NCBI GenBank assembly: GCA_049513715.1 | Contig: JBEKVV010000007.1 | Location: 29,142-93,141 of the forward strand | Length of the DNA: 64,000 nucleotides | Reading direction: 5' to 3' | Origin: Candidatus Bathyarchaeia archaeon | GTDB taxonomy: Archaea > Thermoproteota > Bathyarchaeia > 40CM-2-53-6 | Notes under the pieces: model-generated | The model's input: only the letters and a program-made list of their open reading frames with translations | The model's database searches: none | Told to the model about the DNA's origin: nothing | Part shown: positions 29,452 through 38,520 of the stretch, in pieces | How positions within the stretch are numbered: the stretch's first letter is position 1 | Layout of the letters: every line of letters starts with the position of its first letter | Program-made: the position numbers and the translations under genes

Positions 29452-30113
29452 CTTCCCAGTCACCCCAACGCCGGGCCGTGCACGCAATCGTCCCGGTAAA
29501 AGTCCTAAGCAAATCAAAGGTTCGCCTCTCGTCTCTGCTCGATTCCAAGGGGAGAGCAGACCTAACGGTTGCCATGCTCAAAGACGTACTCTTTGCTTTG
29601 GGTAAGGCTCGGAGAGTTGGGTCCGTCACTGTTGTAAGCGCAGATAGGAAACTGCGAGCAATCACGGAGAAGTTTGGCGCAGGGTTCGTCTGGGAGGCGA
29701 GGAGGCGCGGTCTAAACAAGGCACTGATACTCGCAATCATGCAGACAGACAGAGGAGACACATCGGCAACTCTGATCGTGCACGCGGACCTGCCTCTGAT
29801 TACGGGCAGAGATGTTGATGAATTCCTGAAACAGTCCAGTGGTTACGCGGTCACACTGAACCCATCAAAGGATGGAGCTGGGACCAATGCTCTGCTCTTG
29901 GAAAGAGCCAGAATGATTCGGCCTGCTTTCGGCAAGAACAGTTGCGAAAGGCACATGTTGCTCGCCAAAAGGAAAGGTCTGAGTTGCAAAGTCGTGCGGT
30001 TGGAAGGGATTGGGTTCGATATAGATGAGCCAATGGATCTCCTCCAACTTATGGGGCGCGAAAGGGGTCGGAATACAGGACGGTTCTTGCAGAGCTTGCT
30101 TGGCTGGATTTGA
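29448..30113 (+). CDS. cofC: 2-phospho-L-lactate guanylyltransferase
   Basis: VPVK....K.RLS, ADLPL, GTNAL, DID.P.DL. Confidence 0.9.
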   Translation: MTSQSPQRRAVHAIVPVKVLSKSKVRLSSLLDSKGRADLTVAMLKDVLFALGKARRVGSVTVVSADRKLRAITEKFGAGFVWEARRRGLNKALILAIMQTDRGDTSATLIVHADLPLITGRDVDEFLKQSSGYAVTLNPSKDGAGTNALLLERARMIRPAFGKNSCERHMLLAKRKGLSCKVVRLEGIGFDIDEPMDLLQLMGRERGRNTGRFLQSLLGWI

Positions 30114-30271
30114 TTCACATTGAAGCGCACTTGCTTGCTCTACGCCCGTCTAGGTCACTCGGTTCATTTTCAACCTCAACTAGCTAGTTCATGGTTCCTT
30201 GGGCTTGTTAATCTCAGTGCGTGTAATCGGGGCAAAGAAATTAAGAGATAATGCGTTTCTGATTGGGTTGG

Positions 30272-31633
30272 GTGTCTGAATTAGCCTCACCAAAGGAGTC
30301 CCACGATAAGGTGCTGCAGCTCCTGGAACAGCACCATAAGTGGTTCTCCGAATCAATCCCGTTGATAGCATCGGAGAACGTTCCCAGCCCCGCGGTTCGC
30401 GAAGCCATCGTTTCAGACTTCGGGAACCGGTACGCGGAAAAGGCCTAGGCACAAACGCCTAAGCCTCCGTATGGATGGGTCGGGGAGCGCGTCTACGCGG
30501 GCTGCGTATACATAGACCAAGTTGAGCAACTCTGCATAGACTTGGCGAAGCAACTTTTCCGCGCCGAATTTGTTGACGTCAGGCCAGTTTCAGGTGTCTG
30601 CTCGAACTTGGTCATTTACACGGTTTTCACAAACCCCGGTGACCGAATGCTCGCGTTGGCCATACCTAACGGCGGCCATATCTCCACAGGCCGTAAGGAC
30701 TTCTCCGGAACCGCAGGTGCAGTCCGCGGTTTAGATGTGGACTACTTTGTATTTGACCGGAAAGAGATGAACATCGATGTCGACAAGACGAAACAGAAGA
30801 TCCAGAAGATGGCTGTGGAGGAAAAGAAACCACCCAAGCTAGCTATGTTTGGTGGCAGCTTGTTCCTGTTTCCGCAACCTATCAGAGAATTGGTTGAGGC
30901 ATTGCACAGCGTTGGGGCAAGCGTCGCCTACGACGCAGCCCACGTTGCTGGGTTGATTGCTGGAGGCCATTTCCAAGACCCCCTAAGAGAAGGCGCGGAC
31001 GCCGTATCGTTGAGTACTCACAAGACGCTGTTCGGCCCCCAAGGAGGAGCGGTCATCTCATTCGAAAAATACGCTGAACAGATCAAGAAAGCAACGTTTC
31101 CATCAAACACAAGCAACCACCACCTTAACAACCTCGCTGGGAAAGCCGTTGCCTTCGCTGAAATGCTCGAATTCGGGAAACAATACGGAGAACAAGTCAT
31201 CACAAACGCCAAGGCGCTCGGCCAAGCATTGAACGATATAGGATTGACCGGTCTTGCGGAGCACAAGGGTTTCACGGAATCCCACCAGATCGCCGTCGAT
31301 GTGACGAAATATGGTTTGGGCGGAGACATGGAGCGAGCCCTTGAGAACGCAAACATAATCGTTAACCGACAACTGCTACCAGGTGACATCCAAGCCGGAA
31401 GGCACTACCAAAACCCCGGCGGCATTCGCATTGGAACCTCAGAGGTCACTCGCCTAGGAATGAAGAAAAGCGATATGGTCGAAGTGGCGCGGTTCATCAA
31501 ACGCGTCGTAGTAGACAAAGAGGAGCCAAAGAAGGTCAAACAGAGTGTTGCAGAGTTCAGGAAAAACTTCCAGAATGTTCACTACTGCTTCGAGAGCGCC
31601 AGGAACGCATACGAATACATCAAGATTAGCTGA
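30272..31633 (+). CDS. glyA: Serine hydroxymethyltransferase, interrupted by a 33-nt intron (30440-30472)
   Basis: LIASEN, RYAE|GW.GERVYAGC after removing the insert, GGHIS, YDAAH, STHKT PLP motif, GIRIGTSE. Confidence 0.93.
30440..30472 (+). other. Bulge-helix-bulge mRNA intron
   Basis: Central helix GCGG/CCGT, 3-nt bulges AAA and ATG, intron hairpin AGGC-C-TAGGC/GCCTA-A-GCCT, in-frame TAG at 30446. Confidence 0.88.
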
Positions 31634-31709
31634 GGCTTCCACAAGCACTCTGGAAATGAAAGTTTAATTGCCTCAGCAAAGGCCAAATAGATACAGTGAA
31701 CGCTGAACC

Positions 31710-31886
31710 TTGTCGAAACGTGAAAAAAGGCGTAAGCGGGAAGCGCCAATGCCCGCTGCGAGCGCAGGCTTACTCCGGTTCTTCGAGGAAGAGACGCCAG
31801 GGGTAAAAGTCCGCCCTGAAGTCGTCATTATGATGTCCATCGGCATCATCGCTGTAAGCCTCTTCATGTACTTGACGTTCAAGTAA
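31710..31886 (+). CDS. secG: Preprotein translocase subunit Sec61beta
   Basis: Basic N-terminus, PAASAGLLRFFEEE..G.KV.PE followed by one TM; below ORF-track cutoff. Confidence 0.9.
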   Translation: MSKREKRRKREAPMPAASAGLLRFFEEETPGVKVRPEVVIMMSIGIIAVSLFMYLTFK

Positions 31887-32904
31887 CCGTCTCTTTGAAA
31901 TCCAATAGTTTAGTTTGGGCGATCACTGGCAGAGGAGCCGCTCTGATTCCTAGCTTTCGTTCGATCTGGGACGCTAGGATGTCCGTGTACCCCGTGAAGA
32001 TGTAGACCTTCTTCGGGTTAACCTCCTTCACGAATTGCATCAGCTGATCGTAATCAGCGTGGCTGCTGAGAGGAAAAGAAGTGGATCTTCTGAACGCCTG
32101 CCGAAGCGCCCAACCGGTCGTGACTGCGCGCGAGGCGTTCTTCGGGGTATCGTCCCCTCTGCCGGTGGTGATGTAAACGCATCCGCCTTTCTTCATCATG
32201 CGTTTTCCTTCAGTCGTCGATGAATCATGGTAGTCCAACTTGACACCGTTCTCATCGTGGACTTGGTTGGCGCGGGTGATAGTTGGGCTGCAAAGAACGG
32301 GGATCTTGGTGTAAACGTTGAAGAGCCTCACTAGTTCTTGGGGTTTCCCGGATGAGTATACTTGGAATGTGGGGGTCTTTCCTTCCTCAATCTCTGTCAC
32401 AGACCACCTGACAATGTCCGCATACATGGTGCTCCTTCTTGGAAAGAGATAGGAAGGGTGCCCGTAGGTCGCTTCAACAACCAGGTAATCGCATGACTTG
32501 TGCTCAGCAGCCTGTGTTGTAAGGGTGTCTACGCAGTTAATGTCGCCAGTATAGATCGCTGTGAAGTTCGGGGCGACGACTTCATACTGACATGACCCGA
32601 GCATGTGTCCCGCGTTCAAAACTTTCACTTCGGTTTGATCGAACCGGAGCGTTTCCCCTACTTTGACAGGCTGAGTGTTCTTGACGGTCTTCTCTTTCAG
32701 TGATTCGTAGATTCTCAGTGTTTCCTGAGTTGAGTACTTCTTTGCTGATGTGGCGAAGCCATAGGTGTGGTCGGAGTGAGCGTGAGTGACGAAGGCATGC
32801 CAATCGCCACGCAAGGGCCTGCCCGAAGTCGGATCAAAGATTAGGCGAGGGCCTCCAGTATCAAACACTACTCCGTCAGCCCATCCAACTCTCTCTTGGC
32901 GCAA
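31879..32904 (-). CDS. MBL-fold metallo-hydrolase, beta-CASP-like RNA-processing nuclease
   Basis: THAHSDH, AGHMLGS, YTGD, EATYG, LSSHAD. Confidence 0.88.
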   Translation of the reverse strand: MRQERVGWADGVVFDTGGPRLIFDPTSGRPLRGDWHAFVTHAHSDHTYGFATSAKKYSTQETLRIYESLKEKTVKNTQPVKVGETLRFDQTEVKVLNAGHMLGSCQYEVVAPNFTAIYTGDINCVDTLTTQAAEHKSCDYLVVEATYGHPSYLFPRRSTMYADIVRWSVTEIEEGKTPTFQVYSSGKPQELVRLFNVYTKIPVLCSPTITRANQVHDENGVKLDYHDSSTTEGKRMMKKGGCVYITTGRGDDTPKNASRAVTTGWALRQAFRRSTSFPLSSHADYDQLMQFVKEVNPKKVYIFTGYTDILASQIERKLGIRAAPLPVIAQTKLLDFKETVT

Positions 32905-32943
32905 CGACAGGCCTTCTCTCGAAGATGTCCTAGGACCACTTGG

Positions 32944-33543
32944 TCATTGCTGTATGGTTCTGTGGTCTACCACATATTGCCCGTATTTTGTCTTGAGTAG
33001 TTCTTGCTCTGTGAGCCTGCGTTTCTGAATCTTCGTGGGATCAGGAGAAACAAGCGCACTGTTCCCGAATGGGTCTTTGATTACAAGTGTGAATTTTCTC
33101 GGTTTCTCTTTCATCATTTCTAGTTGCTTTAGCATTTTCTCACCTTTTGCTAATCGTTTTCCAGTCGTTGATGTGAGCATGAATGTAAGTGCGTCTTCGA
33201 TTCTTTCGAGGATTCCTTCCACGTTCGTTATGAAACCTTCACTGTATGGGCCGGGTGTAATTGTGGCACCGAATTCTGGTATACTGACGGTTGCTGTACC
33301 TGATTTGATTACGCGTATGTTCAGGTCGTCGACGGTGGTGATTTTTGCGGAGAGCGCTGCCGGTTCTCGTGTTGTAAGAGTCATGACGTCAGTGTGCCTG
33401 TATCCGCATTTTTGGCATGTGGATACTATGATTAGTACTGAGCCGAAGTGTTCAACCTTGTATTCGCTCTGGCTCGATACGATAGGTTCGGCGTCGCAGC
33501 TTGGGCAACGCAGCATGTCATTGGTTTCTTTGGGCGAAGCCAA
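32944..33543 (-). CDS. ZPR1 zinc-finger protein
   Basis: CPSC..CQKCGYR, PGP.SEG.ITNVEG.L.R, DPFGNS; start placed at TTG 33543. Confidence 0.9.
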   Translation of the reverse strand: MASPKETNDMLRCPSCDAEPIVSSQSEYKVEHFGSVLIIVSTCQKCGYRHTDVMTLTTREPAALSAKITTVDDLNIRVIKSGTATVSIPEFGATITPGPYSEGFITNVEGILERIEDALTFMLTSTTGKRLAKGEKMLKQLEMMKEKPRKFTLVIKDPFGNSALVSPDPTKIQKRRLTEQELLKTKYGQYVVDHRTIQQ

Positions 33544-33980
33544 GGCGAGCGTTTCCCGAACTTCCGTTAGGAACTGGTCGGATATGAAGTTTGGAGGATG
33601 CAGGAAGAAATCAGCTTGCGATGCGCTAGCAAACCCTTCGGCCCCACCATCGAGCGAATCTGAAAGTGGCTCCTCCATCACATGATGGGGAGTCCCTTCG
33701 GACTCTTGAAATCCAACGGAATCTTATCGGAATCTGCTCGGAAATGTGGAAACGCCGCGATCGTAGCTCCTGATATGGGTGGCAAGCTCAGCGATCGTGT
33801 TTGCGTAGTTTTCGTTGTGCACTTTCGCGGTGGTGATAGCGAATAATGACTTTACTCAGAGGGGTTACTTTCGCTTGGTGGGGTAGTATTGACCGCGGTA
33901 GGCCTTGCGTCCGGGAGGTAAATTCCCCCGGTGGCAGCCGATAGGCAGGTTTATGTCATTTTCACCCACCTCTCAAGCCT
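33543..33980 (-). ncRNA. Candidate large structured RNA (~440 nt), family unknown
   Basis: Several long-range stems whose G-U pairs favour the minus strand; no convincing ORF. Confidence 0.55.
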
Positions 33981-34015
33981 ATATGGCGGTGTATGTGTTT
34001 AGTACGTGGTAACTG

Positions 34016-34177
34016 ATGGATACAACGAACGGCGACCTCTGTCCAAGATGTGGTCTAAGAACCCTAACTATATACTACGAGGACGGCTCGGACTTGCAGC
34101 TTGGGGCCCATTGCGAGGAATGTGGGCTTAAGGGGTTCTTTATGAAAGACAAACTAATGCCGCTCGCCACAACCTGA
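34016..34177 (+). CDS. Small zinc-ribbon protein (53 aa)
   Basis: MDTTNGDLCPRCG...AHCEECG; below ORF-track cutoff. Confidence 0.7.
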   Translation: MDTTNGDLCPRCGLRTLTIYYEDGSDLQLGAHCEECGLKGFFMKDKLMPLATT

Positions 34178-34295
34178 CAACATGCCCCTCGTCTCGAACA
34201 GCAATTCCAATTCTCCGAAGGTAAGGTGAACGATTGATGCATAACACTGAAAAGTATGCCCCAGGTTGGTAGCAAATTCGTGGAGCTGAAACTTC

Positions 34296-34916
34296 TTGCC
34301 TACTCCGGCGTGGTTTTTTGGATTCGATTCCTTGATGGAGTTTATCGCTTTCACGATCGCCATCGCGGTTGCGTACCAGGCGTTGAAGGGCTACCGCCTG
34401 TCGAAGGAGAGAACGCTTCTATATCTCAACCTCAGCTTCGTTTTGCTTGGCGCGGGTCTGCTGATTGAGGGCCTTTCGAACCTTGTAGTCGTGCTAGCAA
34501 GGTTCCATAGAGGATTTCTGATCCTTGCGCCGATAGGATACACGATCAATTTCATCACCCAGGTCTTGGCGTACGGGGTTCTCATATTCACATACGTCCA
34601 ACAAACTAGGAAGATGGGGGTGGAGGTGGCGATGGCTGCTGTTCCCCTTCTTTTATTTGAACGTAACGCGTTCACAGAATTGATTCTGATTTTTCTATTG
34701 GCCTACATTGCGATTCAAACGTTGATTAACTATAGCATTAACAAAACGACTACGTCACTGCTGGTCTTAGGTGCTTTTGTTTCCCTTGTCCTCAGCCATA
34801 TGTTCTTTCTACTCTTCACTCTAGCTCCCCTGTTCTTTGCGTTTGCTCATATTGCGCAACTATTCGGATTCCTTCTCCTATTGGCAATGTTGCTTCGGGT
34901 GAACCAGCCCACATGA
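34296..34916 (+). CDS. Multi-pass (~7 TM) membrane protein
   Basis: Hydrophobic helices throughout; overlaps the next gene at ATGA. Confidence 0.8.
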   Translation: MPTPAWFFGFDSLMEFIAFTIAIAVAYQALKGYRLSKERTLLYLNLSFVLLGAGLLIEGLSNLVVVLARFHRGFLILAPIGYTINFITQVLAYGVLIFTYVQQTRKMGVEVAMAAVPLLLFERNAFTELILIFLLAYIAIQTLINYSINKTTTSLLVLGAFVSLVLSHMFFLLFTLAPLFFAFAHIAQLFGFLLLLAMLLRVNQPT

Positions 34917-35224
34917 TTCCGGGCGAACAGGCTACACCAGCAAAGGCCGCGGCAAAGTACCGATCTCAGCTGCGAATCTATGTGGACATCCTGCGAGTGA
35001 TTCAACGCGAAAACAACCAAGCCAAACCGACCAGAATTTTGTATGGGGCGAACCTGTCGCATGATAGGTTGCTCAAGTACCTTGATGAGTTGAAGACCTT
35101 GGAGGTAATTCAGGAGACTGGGACGGATGATAAGGTGTACAGTTTGACACAGAAAGGAATTGAATTCCTCAACAACTTCCGTAGAGTAGAATCTTTCGCG
35201 GGAGCGTTCGGGTTCAAGATCTGA
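34913..35224 (+). CDS. Winged-helix transcriptional regulator (archaeal HTH_45-like)
   Basis: RS.L.IY.DIL, PTRILYGANLS...L.KYL, Y.LT.KG..FL. Confidence 0.85.
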   Translation: MIPGEQATPAKAAAKYRSQLRIYVDILRVIQRENNQAKPTRILYGANLSHDRLLKYLDELKTLEVIQETGTDDKVYSLTQKGIEFLNNFRRVESFAGAFGFKI

Positions 35225-35367
35225 AGAAGAGAATGTCGCACGCTGGCCCTAAGGAGGGTTTCGCCTTCAGAATTCGTTCTTGAACGCGGGCCATTGGGTT
35301 ACCCTGCCACAACAAAGCAAAAGCCAAAAAGACCGATTCCGGTTAGCATTCGTGCTCGTGTCCGCGC

Positions 35368-36297
35368 ATGCCTAGGTACTCACGTGTGCTCCAGATTCAA
35401 CAAGCGCAGGTAACTAAGCCTGCCTGGTTGCGTGTGAAGTACCCAACAGGGGAAAATTACGAGAAGATTATGGGTATACTGCGCGCGCATGATTTGCATA
35501 CGGTGTGCGAGGAGGCGCATTGCCCCAACTTGGCTGAGTGTTGGAGTGGTGGGACAGCCACCTTCATGTTGATGGGTGACACGTGCACGCGCGGCTGCAG
35601 GTTCTGCATGGTCAAGGCTGGAAACCCACACGGAGAATTGGATCTCTTCGAACCGCTCAAGGTTGCTAAAACCATAGCCGACTTGGGGTTGCGCTATGTG
35701 GTAATAACGTCCGTCGACCGCGACGACCTACCTGACGGTGGCGCAAACCATTTCTCATCAACCATCAAAGCCATCAAGCAACACGACCCAGACGTGATCA
35801 CTGAAGTTCTCATTCCGGACTTTCAAGGCAATTTGGATCACGTCAAGAAGATCGTTGACGCTGGACCTGAAGTAATAGCACATAACATCGAAACCACCGA
35901 ACCCCTAACCCCTAAGGTGCGCGACCCCAGAGCAACCTACACGCAATCCCTCAAGGTTCTAAGGGGAATCAAAAACCTCAACCCGTCAGTCTACTCAAAG
36001 TCCTCTATCATGCTCGGCTTAGGAGAGAGTGAAAACGACCTTACCAAGACCATGAAAGACCTGAGGAATGTCGATGTGGACATCCTCACAGTGGGGCAAT
36101 ACCTGAGGCCGTCGAAGGGACACATTCCAGTTAGTGAATTCGTATCACCGGAACGCTTCGAGTACTACAAGCAGATTGCTCAAGATCTCGGATTTCTCTA
36201 TGTAGCGTCTGGCCCGTTCGTCCGCAGCTCCTACAGGGCCGGGGAGTTCTTCGTTCAGGCTTTAGTTCGCAGCAAGAGGCTGGAAGCCGCAAACTGA
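35368..36297 (+). CDS. lipA: Lipoyl synthase
   Basis: CEEAHCPNLAEC, CTRGCRFC, RSSY. Confidence 0.97.
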   Translation: MPRYSRVLQIQQAQVTKPAWLRVKYPTGENYEKIMGILRAHDLHTVCEEAHCPNLAECWSGGTATFMLMGDTCTRGCRFCMVKAGNPHGELDLFEPLKVAKTIADLGLRYVVITSVDRDDLPDGGANHFSSTIKAIKQHDPDVITEVLIPDFQGNLDHVKKIVDAGPEVIAHNIETTEPLTPKVRDPRATYTQSLKVLRGIKNLNPSVYSKSSIMLGLGESENDLTKTMKDLRNVDVDILTVGQYLRPSKGHIPVSEFVSPERFEYYKQIAQDLGFLYVASGPFVRSSYRAGEFFVQALVRSKRLEAAN

Positions 36298-36441
36298 TTT
36301 TCCTTTCTGCAGCAACGACTGCTTTCTGAGCTTTTCATAGGCAGGATCTCGATAAAACCTCTGTTGCCTTGAAGGGCAAGATTTAGTAGGGTTGGTCTTG
36401 TTTTCGGGTCAGTTTCATGCAAGCTCTGAAGGTGCTAAACC

Positions 36442-37524
36442 TTGAGTCTTGAACTTCTGCAGGTCATCAAACCGACTGGCGATTATGTAGAGAAGTTGGA
36501 GCCGGAGATACCAAAGGACGAATTGAAACGGCTCTACAGGCTTATGGTGCTCACCAGGAATCTGGACATTCGTGGCCTTCAACTGCAACGCCAAGGCAGA
36601 ATCGGGTTCTATATAGGCTGTCTCGGCCAAGAGGCGGCGCAAATTGGAAGCGGTTACGCTCTCAAACCTGAGGATTGGGTTTTCCCAGCGTATAGGGAGC
36701 TTGGGACGGCGCTCCAGCGTGGAGTGACCCTCAAGCAGTTGATGAACCAGTACTTTGCGAATGCTGAGGACCTTGAGAAAGGGCGCCAGCTGATGAACCT
36801 CTTCGGCGTCAAGGCAGTGAACTTCGTCACTGGCTCCGCGCCGATTGCGACACAGATTCCGCATGCCGTGGGTGTTGCCTTGGCTGCTAAGATTCGAGGC
36901 GACCCGATTGTTACCTTGGCCTACTTCGGCGACGGGGGAACTTCTGAGAACGACTTCCATACCGGAATGAATTTTGCAGGCGTCTACAAGACGCCAACGA
37001 TATTCTTCTGCCAAAACAACCACTGGGCCATATCGGTACCGGTTGAAAAGCAGACTGCTTCAGAGACAATAGCGATCAAAGCCAAGGCGTATGGTTTCGA
37101 AGGCGTCCGCGTAGACGGCAACGATATTCTCGCTGTTTACAGAACCACGAAGGAGGCGGTTGATAAGGCCCGGAAGGGTGGAGGCCCAACACTCATTGAA
37201 GCCGTCACATACCGCATGGGACCACACTCCTCCTCCGATGACCCCAAGAAATACCGGACCGAACAAGAGCTTGAGGAATGGCAGAAGAGGGATCCAATCA
37301 TCCGATTCCGCAAGTACTTGGAGAAGAAGCGAATTTGGAGTGAAACAGACGAGAAGAAAGCGCAGGAAGACGCGAACAAGCAGATTGATGAAGCAGTCGC
37401 CTACGCTGAAAAATTGCCCAAACCTGCCCTTGAGACGCTCTTCACTGATGTTTACGCAGACATGCCTTGGAACTTGGAAGAGCAGCTGAGGGAGCTCCGT
37501 GAGGAGCGGGCCGGGGGGAAGTAA
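36442..37524 (+). CDS. pdhA: 2-oxoacid dehydrogenase E1 alpha
   Basis: GDG.TSE..F..G.N TPP motif, NN.WAIS, HSSSDDP. Confidence 0.93.
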   Translation: MSLELLQVIKPTGDYVEKLEPEIPKDELKRLYRLMVLTRNLDIRGLQLQRQGRIGFYIGCLGQEAAQIGSGYALKPEDWVFPAYRELGTALQRGVTLKQLMNQYFANAEDLEKGRQLMNLFGVKAVNFVTGSAPIATQIPHAVGVALAAKIRGDPIVTLAYFGDGGTSENDFHTGMNFAGVYKTPTIFFCQNNHWAISVPVEKQTASETIAIKAKAYGFEGVRVDGNDILAVYRTTKEAVDKARKGGGPTLIEAVTYRMGPHSSSDDPKKYRTEQELEEWQKRDPIIRFRKYLEKKRIWSETDEKKAQEDANKQIDEAVAYAEKLPKPALETLFTDVYADMPWNLEEQLRELREERAGGK

Positions 37525-37527
37525 AAG

Positions 37528-38502
37528 ATGGCGATGCTGAACCTAGTTCAGGCCGTGAATCACACTCTGCGCGATGAGATGCGCCGCAACGACCGTCTCG
37601 TAGTGTTGGGAGAGGATGTGGGTGTTGACGGGGGCGTATTCCGTGCGACTGAGGGCCTATTCCAAGAGTTTGGGCCGAACCGTGTCATAGACACACCCCT
37701 CGCCGAATCAGGCATAATCGGCGTCTCCATTGGGATGGCACTATACGGATTGAAGCCTGTTCCGGAGATTCAATTCATGGACTTCATCTACCCCGCCTTC
37801 GACCAAATCCAAAGTGAGCTCTCCAAATTCCGGTACCGTTCAGGGGGCCAATTCACAACACCTGTCACGATACGGACACCGTACGGTGGGGGAATCAAAG
37901 GCAGCCACTACCACTCCCAAAGCACGGAAGCATTTTTTGCTCATACCCCCGGGCTGAAAGTGGTTATTCCAGCAACGCCCTACGACGCAAAAGGCCTCCT
38001 CACATCGGCCCTCAGAGACCCGGATCCTGTCCTCTTCCTCGAACCAAAGAAAATCTACAGGACCGTGAGAGGGGAAGTGCCGGATGAGGATTACACGATT
38101 CCGATCGGCAAAGCAAACGTTGCACGGGACGGCGACGATGTCACAGTCTTCGCGTACGGTGCAATGTTGCACGTAGCGATGGAGGCCGCGGAAATCGCCA
38201 CTGCCAAAGGAATCAAGGTCGAGGTCGTGGACATTCGAACCATAACCCCCTTCGACATCGACACAATAATGAGTTCAGTGAAGAAAACGGGAAAAGTCGT
38301 AATTGTTCACGAGGCATGTAAGACGTGCGGCTTCGGTGCTGAAATTGCTGCGCAGATTGCAGAACGCGGCCTCTTGCATCTGGAGGCGCCCATCGTGCGT
38401 GTAGCAGGTTTCGACGTACCTTTCCCCTATGTGCTGGAAGATAATTACATGCCCAACGCGAACCGTGTCTTGAACGCCATCGAGAAAGTTCACAACTTCT
38501 AG
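37528..38502 (+). CDS. pdhB: 2-oxoacid dehydrogenase E1 beta
   Basis: GEDVG..GGVFR, DTPLAESGI, EIQFMDF, HSQS.E. Confidence 0.93.
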   Translation: MAMLNLVQAVNHTLRDEMRRNDRLVVLGEDVGVDGGVFRATEGLFQEFGPNRVIDTPLAESGIIGVSIGMALYGLKPVPEIQFMDFIYPAFDQIQSELSKFRYRSGGQFTTPVTIRTPYGGGIKGSHYHSQSTEAFFAHTPGLKVVIPATPYDAKGLLTSALRDPDPVLFLEPKKIYRTVRGEVPDEDYTIPIGKANVARDGDDVTVFAYGAMLHVAMEAAEIATAKGIKVEVVDIRTITPFDIDTIMSSVKKTGKVVIVHEACKTCGFGAEIAAQIAERGLLHLEAPIVRVAGFDVPFPYVLEDNYMPNANRVLNAIEKVHNF

Positions 38503-38520
38503 GAAAGCGGATGAACTGAA

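Noticed and set aside
30440..30472. Pyrrolysine/read-through at the TAG, or glyA pseudogene
   Set aside because: Read-through would insert 11 residues into a highly conserved SHMT motif; the BHB cut sites restore the motif exactly and the rest of the gene is intact.
33600..33649. CGGCCCCACCA on the + strand resembling a tRNA 3' end
   Set aside because: No canonical T-loop or GGGGCCG 5' strand on that strand, and surrounding stems favour minus-strand transcription.
33730..33825. tmRNA-like tag (CAC AAC GAA AAC TAC GCA, HNENYA, resembling ANDENYALAA) plus GGGGCCGAAGG near 33646 on the minus strand
   Set aside because: No matching T-arm/acceptor-CCA end, wrong element order, and the frame does not end in an ALAA-like degron; treated as coincidence pending a covariance-model search.
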